Translations under genes and position numbers: made by a program
The notes under the pieces: generated by a model
What the model was told of the DNA's origin: nothing
The model's database searches: none
Seen by the model: only the letters and a program-made list of their open reading frames with translations
Assembly: GCF_020745735.1 (NCBI RefSeq)
Contig: NC_083406.1
Span: 26,968,255-27,032,254 of the forward strand
Origin: Hemiscyllium ocellatum
Taxonomy: Eukaryota
Direction: 5' to 3'
Length of the DNA: 64,000 nucleotides
In this document: positions 1-12,051 of the stretch, piece after piece
Layout: the number at the start of each line of letters is the position of its first letter
Numbering within the stretch: position 1 is the stretch's first letter

Positions 1-1740
1 GAGGATCATGTGAGACTACAATGTTGATTTTGGGTGTCAGATGGGGGAGTCAGGGGATTGAGAGTCAGGGTAGGGCTGGTGTTAAATCCAGCAGGCTTCA
101 TGTGGAGTTGAGTCTGGTTGATGTCAGGAGGAGGTCCAGTAAATTCAACTGTTCAGGGATATTGGGGCATATTAAGTCTGAATGATTCATTGGGAGTAGG
201 GGTTGGACATTCTGCTGGTCTCAGGTCTTTGTGGTATTGGCTTAATTTGAGTATCGGGGGAACATTTAGGAGTGGTGGAGAGGATGGGTGTCAAAATGAG
301 GTTGTTTGGCTTATTCTGTGGAGGGTCAATGGTGAGATTGAGGAAATCAGTTTTCTAGTTAGTCAGGAGTTTTAATTCCTCTAACTTTTCCTGACTAGCT
401 ATTAAGGTAAGTAAGTCAGAACCATCCAAAATCTCTCTCTCTCTGATTCAGGCAATGGGGATGTTTTTGGAATATTCCAGACACCAGACATTTGTCCAGC
501 AGAAGCTTCACATTTCTAGGCAAGTCCTGCAATGGCATCTACATTTGAATATCCAGGTGGCCTCAACACACAACTCCTGTTGCAATTTTTTTCCTGGGCC
601 TTGTGATACTCATTCTTTCTAAAGTTTAAATTAATACATTAACACATGCTGTATCTGGGGGGGAAGCATCTAAAATCTGATTTGGAATGAACAATTCAAT
701 TGATATTTGCATACTTGCCTCTGCAGTGATTCAAAATATTAACATTTTCCCAATGCTATTTGCTTTGAAACAGCAAATGTCTATGTTGCAATCTGAATGA
801 TTTTGCCTAATGCTCGTACCTGCATGTATCTCTTTCTGTTAAACTGGTGAAAATGCAGTAGAAGTCTATGCTTCAGGTGCAAAGCAACCTATTCTTTGCA
901 ATAAATGACCATTAGTTTGTAATCTGGTAGTAGCATTTAAGGAAAAACATGATAAATAGGGCAGGCTCAGAGATATTTCTGGCTTTAAATGGACACAGCA
1001 GACAAGCCTGCTTTCTGACAGCTGCTTACAGCTTTGCCATATGTATCATGGGACATGAAGTGCTTCCTGATAATATTCACAATACAGCTGAAAGTGTCAT
1101 GGGAATCTGAAGCAGAAATGTCCTTGAGCTCTCCGACTTATGCTTTGTGCAGCATCTTATGCAAGCAATGATGGCAAAAATTGTAATAAACATTTTTATC
1201 TAAACTCATTCTCAATTAAATTTAAACGAAAGCTGAATTACACATGTAAACAATTAAATGTCTCTTTACTCAGACTGAATCTAAATAAACCTTAGTCTCC
1301 TCCATTTTTCATTATAGCTAAAACAAGACATTTCTATGTTTTCATCCTGTTTAATAAGTCTCAATTTAGTTGCTCTCTAAATTTAAATTTAAGATGAAAT
1401 TTAATAATGGTGTTGAACACTGTGAATTGTTTTGACAGTGTAAATAAAGAGAAGTGTGGTTGAGGGTGTGGGGGTATTGGGAGTAGAGGGGGCATGGCTG
1501 CTGTTGAATAGTCATTCTTTATCATTATTACCTCCTGACACTGAGTCCATCTGCAGGATGTGGGGCACCCACAGATTTTGTGGGACTCCTGTAGCTACAG
1601 TTTGTCACTCTTACTCTTGACACAAACTGAGTTGTGGATCCCACTACAAGAGCTGCCAAAGTTTGGAATCACGGAGAATGACAACTTTCTCACTCACACA
1701 TCACCATTAAAAATGCCCCAATAAAATGCTCTGCTATGAT

Positions 1741-2043
1741 TAGATTTCCTACAGTGTGGAAACAGGCCCTTTGGCCCAACAAGCCCACACTGACCTTCCG
1801 AACAGCAACCCACCCATTCCCTTACAGTTATTCCTGACTAACGCACCTAACACTACAGGCAATTTAGCATGGCCAACTCATCTGACCTGCACATCTATGG
1901 ACTGTGGGAGGAAACCAGAGCACCTGGAGGAAACCCACGCAGACACGGGGAGAATGTGCAAACTCCACACAGACAGTTGGCCGAGTCGAGATTTGATCCC
2001 TGGCACTGTGAGGCAGCAGTGCTAATCACTGAGCCACCATGCC
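1741..2043 (-). mobile_element. V-SINE (HE1-type tRNA-derived SINE)
   Basis: Reverse complement reads GGCATGGTGGCTCAGTGATTAGCACTGCTGCCTCACAG (A-box head), then V-domain TGTGTGGAGTTTGCACATTCTCCCCGTGTCTGCGTGGGTTTCCTCC, then CR1-like tail GGCCTGTTTCCACACTGTAGG. Confidence 0.88.
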
Positions 2044-2048
2044 TATAA

Positions 2049-2167
2049 GGGGCTGTCTTGTGGCACTGTGGTTGTATCTCCAGCTATGAATTGAGTAACC
2101 CAGCTTCATGTCCCACCTACTCCAGAGGTGCGTAAAAACATCTCAAAAAAGATTGATCAGAAAAATA
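2049..2167 (+). mobile_element. Short (~120 bp) tRNA-derived SINE-like repeat
   Basis: Shares TCTTGTGGC...CTCCAGAGGTG...AACATCTC...TTGAT.AGAAAA with copies at ~30540, ~34550 (minus) and ~37820. Confidence 0.55.
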
Positions 2168-3399
2168 GGTTTTTTTTGAAAAGCTCCACTTTATTCAATC
2201 AGGTGAACTGGGTTTTCAGCAGTACTAGCTACTGCCAATTTAGTAATGTTGCAAAATGGTTGCATTATGAGTAATTAGTTTTTTTTCATATAATAACATT
2301 TTAAAAGAGTTTCCTTTTTTAAGATTCTACATTTCACCCCATGTGTACGTGTTAGTCTTTCATTTGTACTGTGTAAAACATTTTAAAAGTGACTTTCTTT
2401 ACACTTTTTTTTGTTTCCTGTTTGCCTCTGTTAAAGTCCTTTAATGAGATTAGCTGCTTGGACAGATTTATGACATCATTGCAGCTGTATCCTGGGAATG
2501 GAGATCTCTGCAGAAATATCAGTAGATCTCTATAAAAACTTGCCTTGAGGTCTGCAGTGAATACCTTTGCTTTGCCACCAACTATAAACCTGGAGCCAAA
2601 ATCCAAAAATGCTGAAAATTACAACGATGTTAGCCAGTATCTGAAATCAAGGACAGTTTAAGATAGATCTCATTGTGTATTTTGAAGTTCATCAAACTTT
2701 AGCTACACAATCCCATTCCACTCCTTAACCACCATGATGACTCTTACAAACTGTCCCACATTTGTTTGTGGTTTCTCAAGAGATCCAGGTTTCATACCTG
2801 CCCATTTGAGAGTCATCATCTGTTGCTTATGGAGGACTCCCAATATAAGAACAACAATTTATAGGGCTGAGTTCAGTCAGGGCAATGGTGGTTCTCACAA
2901 AGGCCCAGTAAGCCAGGAGGCAATTTCACCTCAGTTATTTGAGGGAGTAGCCCCCTCCTCCCTGAGCCCCAGCCTGCATTTCAGGCCCACCCAGTGAAAC
3001 ATTATTTGTGTCTGGGGCTCTGAACTCATTAAAAGACAGTTCATGTGTCTCAGCCATGCCACTGAGACAGGTGGTCACTGCTGGAACTATGCAAAGCTGA
3101 GAAGAAGAAGCCATGGACATCAACATTGTAACTAGGGAAGGAAAGTCTATAGTCACTTGTCAGGAAGACAGTGGTGAAGGACAGCAAGTTGCTAAGCATG
3201 GGAGAGGAGGGTGTTGCCAACAGGGAGGCCATTTCTGACAAAGGGACCATTATGAGGGCCATAGCATGCCATGATTTCTCCAATCCTGTGTTTATCCAGT
3301 AGTCTCCCCAGAAAACCGAGAGCTGACCCATCACTGTTAAGACGCCAGTGGCAGTGGGAAGAGCCATTTGAGTGCCTCAAATCACTCCATCTCTACAGG

Positions 3400-3720
3400 T
3401 CGGTAAAATCCATGTTGTGCATTTAACACAGTGAAACATCCCCAGGGAAACATTTCATGCACACAAGAAAATATTAAGATAAATAGCCATCAGTTTCTCA
3501 AATATATATTTAAAGGACTGTCTTAAAGAATGGGCGAGAAAGAAAGATGGAGAGATTTAGGGAAAGAATCTCAGAATTCTGGCCTAGGGAACATAAGATT
3601 CAGCAGTCAATGTTGGAAATGCAGGAAAGTGAGAATGCGCAAGAAGCCAGAATTTTAGAAAAGTAGACATCATGAAAGGCTGGAAGAGGTTACAAAAATA
3701 TAGAGGGATGACAACCTTTT
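3400..3720 (-). mobile_element. Degenerate L2-like LINE 3' fragment
   Basis: Reverse complement resembles the L2-type 3' ends at 25860-26360 and 46250-46700. Confidence 0.4.
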
Positions 3721-3999
3721 GAGTGATGGCTCCTGTGGTTTTGGTGCATTGCGCAGGAAACCCTGTTCAAGTCAAGACAATATAATATGCTGGCCAGCTC
3801 CTGAGGTGACTATTGTCACTGCTGCTTCTCAGTACCTGCTCCAATGTGTCAACTTTTTATTTGTCTAGTTAGGTCTCAAAATGCTCCAGAATTTCAATCT
3901 TATCCACTAAGAATGGATGGAACATGACCACGTTTGCTTTACTTTGTTTTCCCGGGCAATGGGAAAGGCACCAATAGAGACATGGCTCTGCTTCCAGCA

Positions 4000-4385
4000 C
4001 TTTTGTTTCAGAGTCAGAAAACTGTTAGTTCAGATCCCACTCTGGAGACTGAAGTATGAAACATGGGCAGATAATTTTAGTGGAGTAATGAAAGAGTTCT
4101 ACATATGTCTTTCAAATAAGAATTAAACCAAGTCCCACTTTGGAAGATGTAAATGGCTGACTTCACTACTTTTGGGACGACAATTGGAGTTCTCCTTAAT
4201 GTCCGAGACAACATTTTTCCTTCAATCAGTCAAAACTAAGAGAAATCAATCATCATTCATTACAGTCCTGATGGTGAGAGCTTACTATGCACAAACTATC
4301 TGCAATGCCTCTGGATGACCACAGTGATTGCGTTTCAGAAGTACATATTAGCTATAAGGCACTTTGTGATGTTTTAATATATAAA
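4000..4385 (+). mobile_element. Deu-domain SINE (SacSINE1/AmnSINE1-like), degenerate
   Basis: GAGCTTACTATGCACAAACTATCTGC...ACAGTGATTGCGTTTCAGAAGTAC...GCTATAAGGCACTTTG matches the Deu-SINE 3' half as recalled; related copies at 30885-31290 and 40420-40830. Confidence 0.6.
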
Positions 4386-6846
4386 TATATACACACATAT
4401 ATAAGATAAAACCTGATGTTTAAACAGCTGCTTAAAAGAGCTGTGAAAGTATATGGCTTTTTTAAATGTTTCCTGGCCAACAAAAATGTACAAAAACACA
4501 TATACCTGCAATTTCAATCACATAAAAGACTAATCAAAGTCTTTCTTTCAAACAATACAGATCAGAAAGTCAGAAAAAGTAAATAATCTCACAGCAAGAA
4601 AGGTCCAGGATGCAAAGAAGCAAGTCAAATGTGGGAGGAAGTAGAAGTTCAAGACTGTTTGAGAAAGGCAATGGTACAAGACCTTGGTGTTCAGAAAAGG
4701 TGGGGGGAGTGGTGAAAAATGGGAGGGAAAGATGAAATATCAGCTAGGGAACATAGCTCAGTGAGTAAGAGCAATGTGCCTTGCAAAGCTCTGACAAACG
4801 AATAAAATAAATGGTCATATTTTTTAATGCAACGAATAGCGTTTATCAGCAAGAATGATGAACAGAAATAATACACACAGCACTGAGGAAAAAATATTAT
4901 ATGAAACAAATCTGAGACTTGTAGGAAAGATATATGCAAGATTTATAATAGTTAAGATATGCATATCCCTAATGGCCCAAATGACTGGAATGAAGTCTCT
5001 TGCATTGTGTACTGTTTCCAGCAGTCTTCAGCTCAGTGATTTTGCATCATAATTCTTTGGAAGTGCAGTCTAAGATTGGGTGTTGAAGATGGTGCATTTT
5101 TAAAAAGAAAAGCAAAATTTTGCTTGAAACATAAAGCATTCAGAGAGAGGAAATAGATGGAAACAGAGCAAAATCAAACACTAAAGAGAGCAAAAGGAAT
5201 ATTAGATCAAGACGTACAGAAAAAATGTATAAAAGAGTAAAAAAATGTAAAGATTTAAAGTTTTTCATTATTTTAAGAACTTACTACCTACAAGATTGAA
5301 ATGTAACGGTTGTTTTTTTCCAAGATTTGGGTCCCAAGAAGTTAATTGGTATTTTAGTAACAATTATCACAAATTTAAAAAAAAGCTTATGTTGTTAAAT
5401 ATTGTTTTATAACCAGTTAAGTTTGAATTTAATATAACATAGCCAGAATGTTTAGAGCAAGATACTGTCTGTCCAAAACAAATGATGGAATGGTACAAAT
5501 CAAGCTCTGAAGATGAGTAACTCATGGCAAATATTTATCCCTGAACTCAATGGACAATTTGCACATTAATACATGAGTGGGCCATGAACCTACCCTTATT
5601 TTTTGAGCAAGGTTTGGGTCAATATCTTCATTAAAAACACTATTAAACTGGTTTCAGTTTACTGTATGATCATGACAATTTTAAAGGTGGTTCAACTGGG
5701 TTAAAAAAAAACATTTCACAGAATACAGATATCTATTTGCACCTCTCCTTCTTACAACCCAATCTTGTTCACGTTCCCTGGCCTCTGCATAACCTCTTAG
5801 AAAATAAGCACCCTCTCCTCTACGCTATCTATCAGCAATTTGAAGTGACTGGAATAGTGATTCTCTTCTGCATTATGAACTATCCTCTGTGTATCAGATG
5901 TAGGCCAGATTCCTCAATATACAGTGCCAATGGAAAAAAAATCCTCGCCACATTTGCCCTTTCGCAGAGACAGAATTATTATTAGAAAGGACATAAACAG
6001 CCTAATTAAATCACAGCAGTGTGGCTGAGATGACAGCTGTTACTGCCTGTGACCGAACAGATCCATATCTGCAAGGAGGAGGCACTTCACTTTCAATCCA
6101 TTCTTTATAATGTGCTTTCAGTCTTGCTGCAGAGGCATTAAATAATACTGTATAATTTCTGAAGGAGAATTGATTAAAACAAAATGAAAGTCTTTCTCTT
6201 TGTATCTGCAATCTTTCAGTTCAACAGAAAAGTCATTTAAAAGGAATGTTATTTGCCTGGCAATAAAACTGTTAATAACCTCATTACCTTTCAACAGCAG
6301 GGATCCTTTTTTGCAAAAAAAAATCAAGTCTGGGATGCAGGAGTGAAACTAACAGCAATGAATGTTCAACAATACCACAGATCCATTAACTGACAGGCCT
6401 GTCCTTTGTTAAAGAGGCAGAATCTCTGGTGGGCTGAGACTGGTAGCTAGTAAAAAACAGTGCAATATTAACTTTAACTGTAGGATGACACAGCACAGAA
6501 AGCAGTATTTAGCCCATCATGACTGTTTAAGCTCTTAGTGGACTTATCCTATAACTCCCTCTTCCCTGCCATCTTCCTATAGCATCAAAAAAAAATCAGT
6601 TTCAAATATTTATCCAATTTCCATTTGATTTTTTTAGTTGAACCTGCTTTGACTGCTCTTACAGGCAATAGATTTCAAATCACAAAAAAATTACCATACA
6701 AAATAAATCTCATGTCACTCTGGTTCTTTAGTTAAACAACTTAAGTCTGTGTTCTCTGTTTATTGACCCATTTGTAATTCCTTCTCTCCTTACTGACTCA
6801 GCAAAAGAGTCAATATTTTGAAAACTTCCATTTGAGTCTTACCTTA

Positions 6847-7330
6847 GCAGCACAGTGGCTGAGTGGTTAGCACTGCTGCCTCCCAGTGTCAGGGACCTGG
6901 GTTTGATTCTAACTTTCGGCAACTCTGTGCAAACTCCACACGTTGTCTGTGGGGATTACCTCCAGGTGATTTGTTTTTCTCCCACAGTCCAAAGATGTGC
7001 AGGTTACGTGGATTGGCCATGCTAAATTGTCCATAAAGTCCAAGGATGGACAAGCTAGGTGAATTGTCCATCCTGTCCTGGGATGGACAGGCTAGGTGGA
7101 TTGTCCATGCTAAGTTATCCATAATGTCCAGAATGGGCAGGCTAGGTGGATTGGCCATGCTAAATTGATGACAGTGTCCAGGGATGGGCAGGCTAGGTGG
7201 ATTGGCCATGGGAAAACGCAGAGCTGCAAGGATAAGGTAGAGGGGGTCTCTTGATAGGATGCTCTTCGGAGGGTCGGAATGGGCTCGATAGGCTGTATGG
7301 CCTGCTTCTACCCTGTGGGGATTCTATGTT
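6847..7330 (+). mobile_element. V-SINE with internal ~50-bp tandem expansion, inserted in an old CR1 3' fragment
   Basis: Head GCAGCACAGTGGCTGAGTGGTTAGCACTGCTGCC and B-box GGGTTTGATTC; about five copies of CAGGCTAGGTGGATTGGCCATG... at 6998-7211. Confidence 0.85.
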
Positions 7331-9689
7331 TAGCCTTCTCTTTTCTAAGGAGAACAATGCCCGTTTCTCTAGTTTAATATCTCGCTGCACTACCAAAGCA
7401 TTCTATTGGATTCTGACACCAACATCAATGGCCTATTACAAACAGAAAATAGTGGGAAGGCTTTAAAATTATTAAATTGTTCATAGGTTCGTTGTCTTCT
7501 TGCATCATTATTCATATTCCATATGATAGAGCAGCACAAGTCTAACTTATAACTTACATTTCCACTTCCAGTACAGGTAGTGGAGTTCTATTTCCCGAAT
7601 AATAGTCTCATGCTATCAATCAGCATGATCCATGTACAGGTAACCCAGAGGGGTAAACCAGTAAAAAGTAACATCATGAAGTTAACAAATCGAGTCAGAC
7701 CAATATGTGTCATATGTCAGTTTTACTAGGTTTTCCTTCTGCCCAAGTAAAACAGCCACCTTTTACATTGTGGGTGTGATGGTTTATATAGGAATTTGCA
7801 TGGTAAATGTTTGTGTTAAATTTTAAATTGCAAATATGCATATAAGATTTATTGAAATTTGCATGGACAGGAAAATTGCATCGGATCTTAGATTTTAAGA
7901 TATGAATTATAACTCTTCATCAGAAATATTTAACATTCTTTTAGGCCTCAGGCTGAGTGTAAGAAGTTTGATAGGAATATGTCTGGCAGGAACACTGTCA
8001 CATATTTTGGGCTTTTTACATGTTATCACTCAAGACAATTTTGGCTCCTGGTTCTTAAACTCCTTTCATGCATAAGTCTCTAACATTGATATATTCAAAA
8101 GTATCTGTATTCCTTTGAGTTTAAGAAAAGCTTTCAAACTACTTTGTGAAACAAGCTGCAAGTCTTGTTTAATAATTGCAATTGGGTGTTGGACGACCAT
8201 ATATTAAATTGTGACTTTAATCTTTGAAGGCTAGCCTATCAGTGATACACGTGCACATTTAAAATGAGATTATCAGAACCTGTACTCTTTACGTACCTGA
8301 GTTGTGGAGCTTGCTCAAGTTTTTTGTTTGTTCTCTTAGTTGATAAAAAGTTCATTTCAATACATTGTGATGATGTTATTCTAACACATATATAATTTCT
8401 GCAATTGTACATTCTTCACCACTGTAGACAACCCTGCAGAAACTACCCTACAGACTTTGAACCTGGTGTCAAGTCTGATGTTGCCATTCTTTAAAACTCA
8501 TATAACTAATTTACCATAGACTGAGCTGACATATTGGCAATAGTGTTGTATCTATGCTATTCATCAATAATCAGCATTTAGGAATAATTAGTGTCCAAAG
8601 TATAGGAAGTGAGAGACATTGTCTAAGAGGTCAGTATGAATCTCAGTTGAAACATTAAATTTGAAATATTTGGTACTGGATCCATGATAATTGCACATTG
8701 ATTGAGAAAGGACATTTGTCAACTGAAGACTACACAAACACACATTCTCCTCAAAGCTCCACCAGAAATCCCATTCTCATGGGAAACGAAGGACAGGTCA
8801 CAAACATATTATCAATGCTTCTATGAAGGTTTGCTCTGTTAACATCTACAGAGACAGATACCCAATCCCAATCAAAATGGTAATCCAACACAAAAGTGAT
8901 GTCAACACAATCCAAGCAACAACAGCAGCACTTAAGAGAGAATAATGAGAGAGACAGAGAGGGCAGCTTTTGAAACAACAATGTCTCTCCACCTTCTTTA
9001 ACATACAAAGCATCTAAAGTTAAGGTTGGTTGGGAAGTCATTGTGACACACATGCAACACTGACATCTAACTGAAACCAAGCCATCTGCACAGAGGAACC
9101 ATCCTCGACATGAGGCAGTGCCAGAGAGAGGATATTTACAGTTTTAAAAAGTCTTAGTAGCAAAAACATTGATTCACAATCTAAATGAAATTATTCTTTA
9201 AAGATAACTTATTTTGGACATAGACTGAGATATTCCAGCTGACAGATCATTGGTGACCTGAATTTCAATTTAAGATGCATGCCAGAAGTCTTGAAAAACT
9301 GACTGCATGGGAATTGCTCAAGTTGTGTGAACTACTGGCATTCAATTAGCCTGCTCTCCTAGACCTTCTGAAATCATCTCAAACTCTGAATTAAAGATGA
9401 AGACTCCAGATGGTTCTGATTTATTTATCTGAATGGTTACCAGGAAAAATTAGACAGAAAATTCCTAGTGAAACTCCTAAAATGACTTTACAATTGACCC
9501 CCAATTTTCCCTTCAATAATTTGATTTCCTGACCCTCACCCAACATTTTCTATCTCGTCCAAAGACCCCCCAGCGTTACAAAAAACAGTCTTCAGCCAAT
9601 TTGATCCACACCATGTGAAACAATTGAAGCAATGTATACAATAGGACCTAACAATATGAGGGCAATAGTACTATAGCCATATAAAGAAC

Positions 9690-11630
9690 GTATTGTAACC
9701 CACAGCTACAACACTGATATTTGGAAAATTGTTCTACTATGATCTGTACACAAAAAGCGGAGTAAATCAATTTGGCCAATTACTGTCCCATCCGTCTATG
9801 TTTAATCTTCAATATGATGACAGAAGGAGTCATCAACAATGCTAAGAAGTGATACTTATTTAACGATAACTTGACAATCAGATAGGGTTCTGCCAGGGCC
9901 ATTCCACTTCAAGCTTCATTGTCTCTTTTGGTCCAAACACAGATAAAAGAGATTAATTCCAGAAGTAAGGGCAGAGTTACTGCCTTTGACATCAAACTGC
10001 AATTGACTGAGTGCAGTATCAAGGAATCCTGGCAAAAAATGAGTCAATAGGAATAAGAAGGAAAGCTTTCCACTGGTTGGAGTCATACCTGGCACAAAGA
10101 TAGATGGTTGTGCTTGATAGAGTTCAGTCATTTCAACTTCAGGACATCTCTGCAGGAGCTCTTCAAGGTAGTATCTGAGGCCCAACAATCTTCAGCTGCT
10201 TTGTCAATGGCCTTCCCTCCATCATAATGTCAGAAGTGCAGATGTTCATTGATGATTTCACAATGTTAACCATCATCTGCAACTCTTCATATACTGTAGC
10301 AGCCTGTGTCCAAATGCAGTAAGACCTGGGCATTATCCAAGTTTTGGCTGACAAGGGGCAAATAACATCAGTACCACACATATTCCACACAATGATTGTT
10401 TCCAAAAAGAGAGAATCCAACCGTTGCCCCATGACATTCAGTGGCATCATTATCATCGTAACCCCTACTATCAACATTTTGGAGGTTATCCTTGACCAGA
10501 AACTGAACTGGACTGGCTATATAAACCAACCCACCGCTGAACAATTCAATTCCCCCTCCCACTCCACTAAGGACATGCAGGTCCTGAGCTTCCTTCATCA
10601 CCAAACCCTAACCACCCGATGCCTGGAGGAAAAATGCCTCATCTTCCGCCTTGGGACCCTGCAACCACAAGGGATTAATATAGATTCTACCAGTTTCCTC
10701 AATTCCCTTCCCTTACCTTATCCCAGTCCCAAGCCTCCAACTTGGCAACAACCCTCTTGACCTGTCCATCATCTTTCCATCCATCAGCTCCACCCTCCTC
10801 TCTGACCTATACCTTACCCTCCCACCTTCACCTATCTATTGCATTCTCAGCTACCTTCCCCCCAGCCCCACCCCCTGCCCATTTATCTCTCAGCAGCACC
10901 CACCCACTCCACAAGCCTCATTCCTGATGAAGGGCTTATGCCCAAAACATTGATTTTCATGCTCCTCGGATGCTGCCTGACCCGCTGTGCTTTTCCAGCA
11001 CCACACTCTCAACTCTGATCTCCAGAATCTGCAGTCCTTACTTTCTCCTGGCCATATAAATACAGTGACTGCAACAGAAGTCAGAGGCTAGGAATTATAT
11101 GACAAGAAACTCACCTCCTAATTTACATAAGTCTGTCCAGCACCTACAAGACACAATCAAGATTGTGATTAAATACACCCCACTTGCTTGGATGAGTGCA
11201 GCAAAAACAACACTCAAGAAGCTTGATATCATCCAGGAAAAAAAAAACAGCCCACTTGATTGGTACCACATCTACAAGCATCCACTCTCTCCACTAGCCA
11301 TACTGAGTTGCAGCATTCAGTGCCATCTACAAGATGCAAAATCACCAAAGCTCCTTAGGCAGAACCTTCCAAACCCATGACTGCTTCTGAGAATGACAAG
11401 GGCAGCAGGTACACAGGAGCCACCTGCAAGTATCTCTTCAAGCCACTAACCATCCTGACTTGGATGTATATCGCCGTTCTGTCGTAGTCACTCGGTCAAA
11501 ATCATGTAAATCCCTCAGGACATAGTGTGTCTAGCCCGACCAAATATCACCTTTTCAATGGCAGAGAGAGCTGGGCAATAGATTTTGTCACAGCCATTGA
11601 TGCCCAGATACTATAAATGAATAAAAGAAA
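9690..11630 (+). mobile_element. Degenerate CR1/L2-group non-LTR retrotransposon (RT region to 3' end), interrupted by a PLE
   Basis: Decayed RT motifs NYCPI (~9779), GALQGSI*GP (~10155, from GVPQGSVLGP) and MFIDD (~10242, from FADD); 3' end GGGCAATA...GCC...GCCCA...AATGAATAAAA. Confidence 0.7.
10526..11047 (+). mobile_element. 5'-truncated Penelope-like element (GIY-YIG C-terminus plus pLTR with decayed hammerhead)
   Basis: Encodes FNSPSHSTKDMQVL...LEEKCLIFRLGTLQPQGINID. CTGATGA-AGGGCTTATGCCC-AAAAC at 10924. 13-bp TSD CTGGC(T/C)ATATAAA at 10513-10525 and 11048-11060. Confidence 0.85.
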
Positions 11631-12051
11631 TGACCTGACATCCTGTGAGCCCCCATGACACAAATTCACCTGACAACTGCTCCCATTCCGACCTACTCAC
11701 ATCGACCTTATCTGAACTCACCTCCTGACACAGCGACCACCTTATTGACCCAGCACACCTTCCACACCGCCCCTCCCAAGGATTTCCTGCCAGCTGCCAG
11801 TTACCACCCTAACCACTTATCTCACCCACCCTACCTACCTTCGCTTATCTCATTCATGTGACAGACCTACCCATTAATCCATTCACTCAACCGCACTCAC
11901 TTACACACTGAACTGCTGTCTAAAAGCCCCAAAGCCAGTTAGTATGTTGGTGAATACTTACTGGAATATGGCAGCCAATGCCAGAAAGAGGGTATACATG
12001 ATTTGTTTCCTCAGCCATCATCCATGCAATGGAAATGTTCAATAAAAGACT

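Noticed and set aside
2734-3380. GC-richer stretch with several overlapping ORFs; considered as a DACH1 exon or Harbinger transposase remnant
   Set aside because: No frame matches the next DACH1 exon (LELPFMMMPHP...) and no convincing transposase motif was seen.
6998-7211. Repeat-spacer-like pattern resembling a CRISPR array
   Set aside because: Eukaryotic DNA; the spacers are homologous to each other and the array lies within a SINE.
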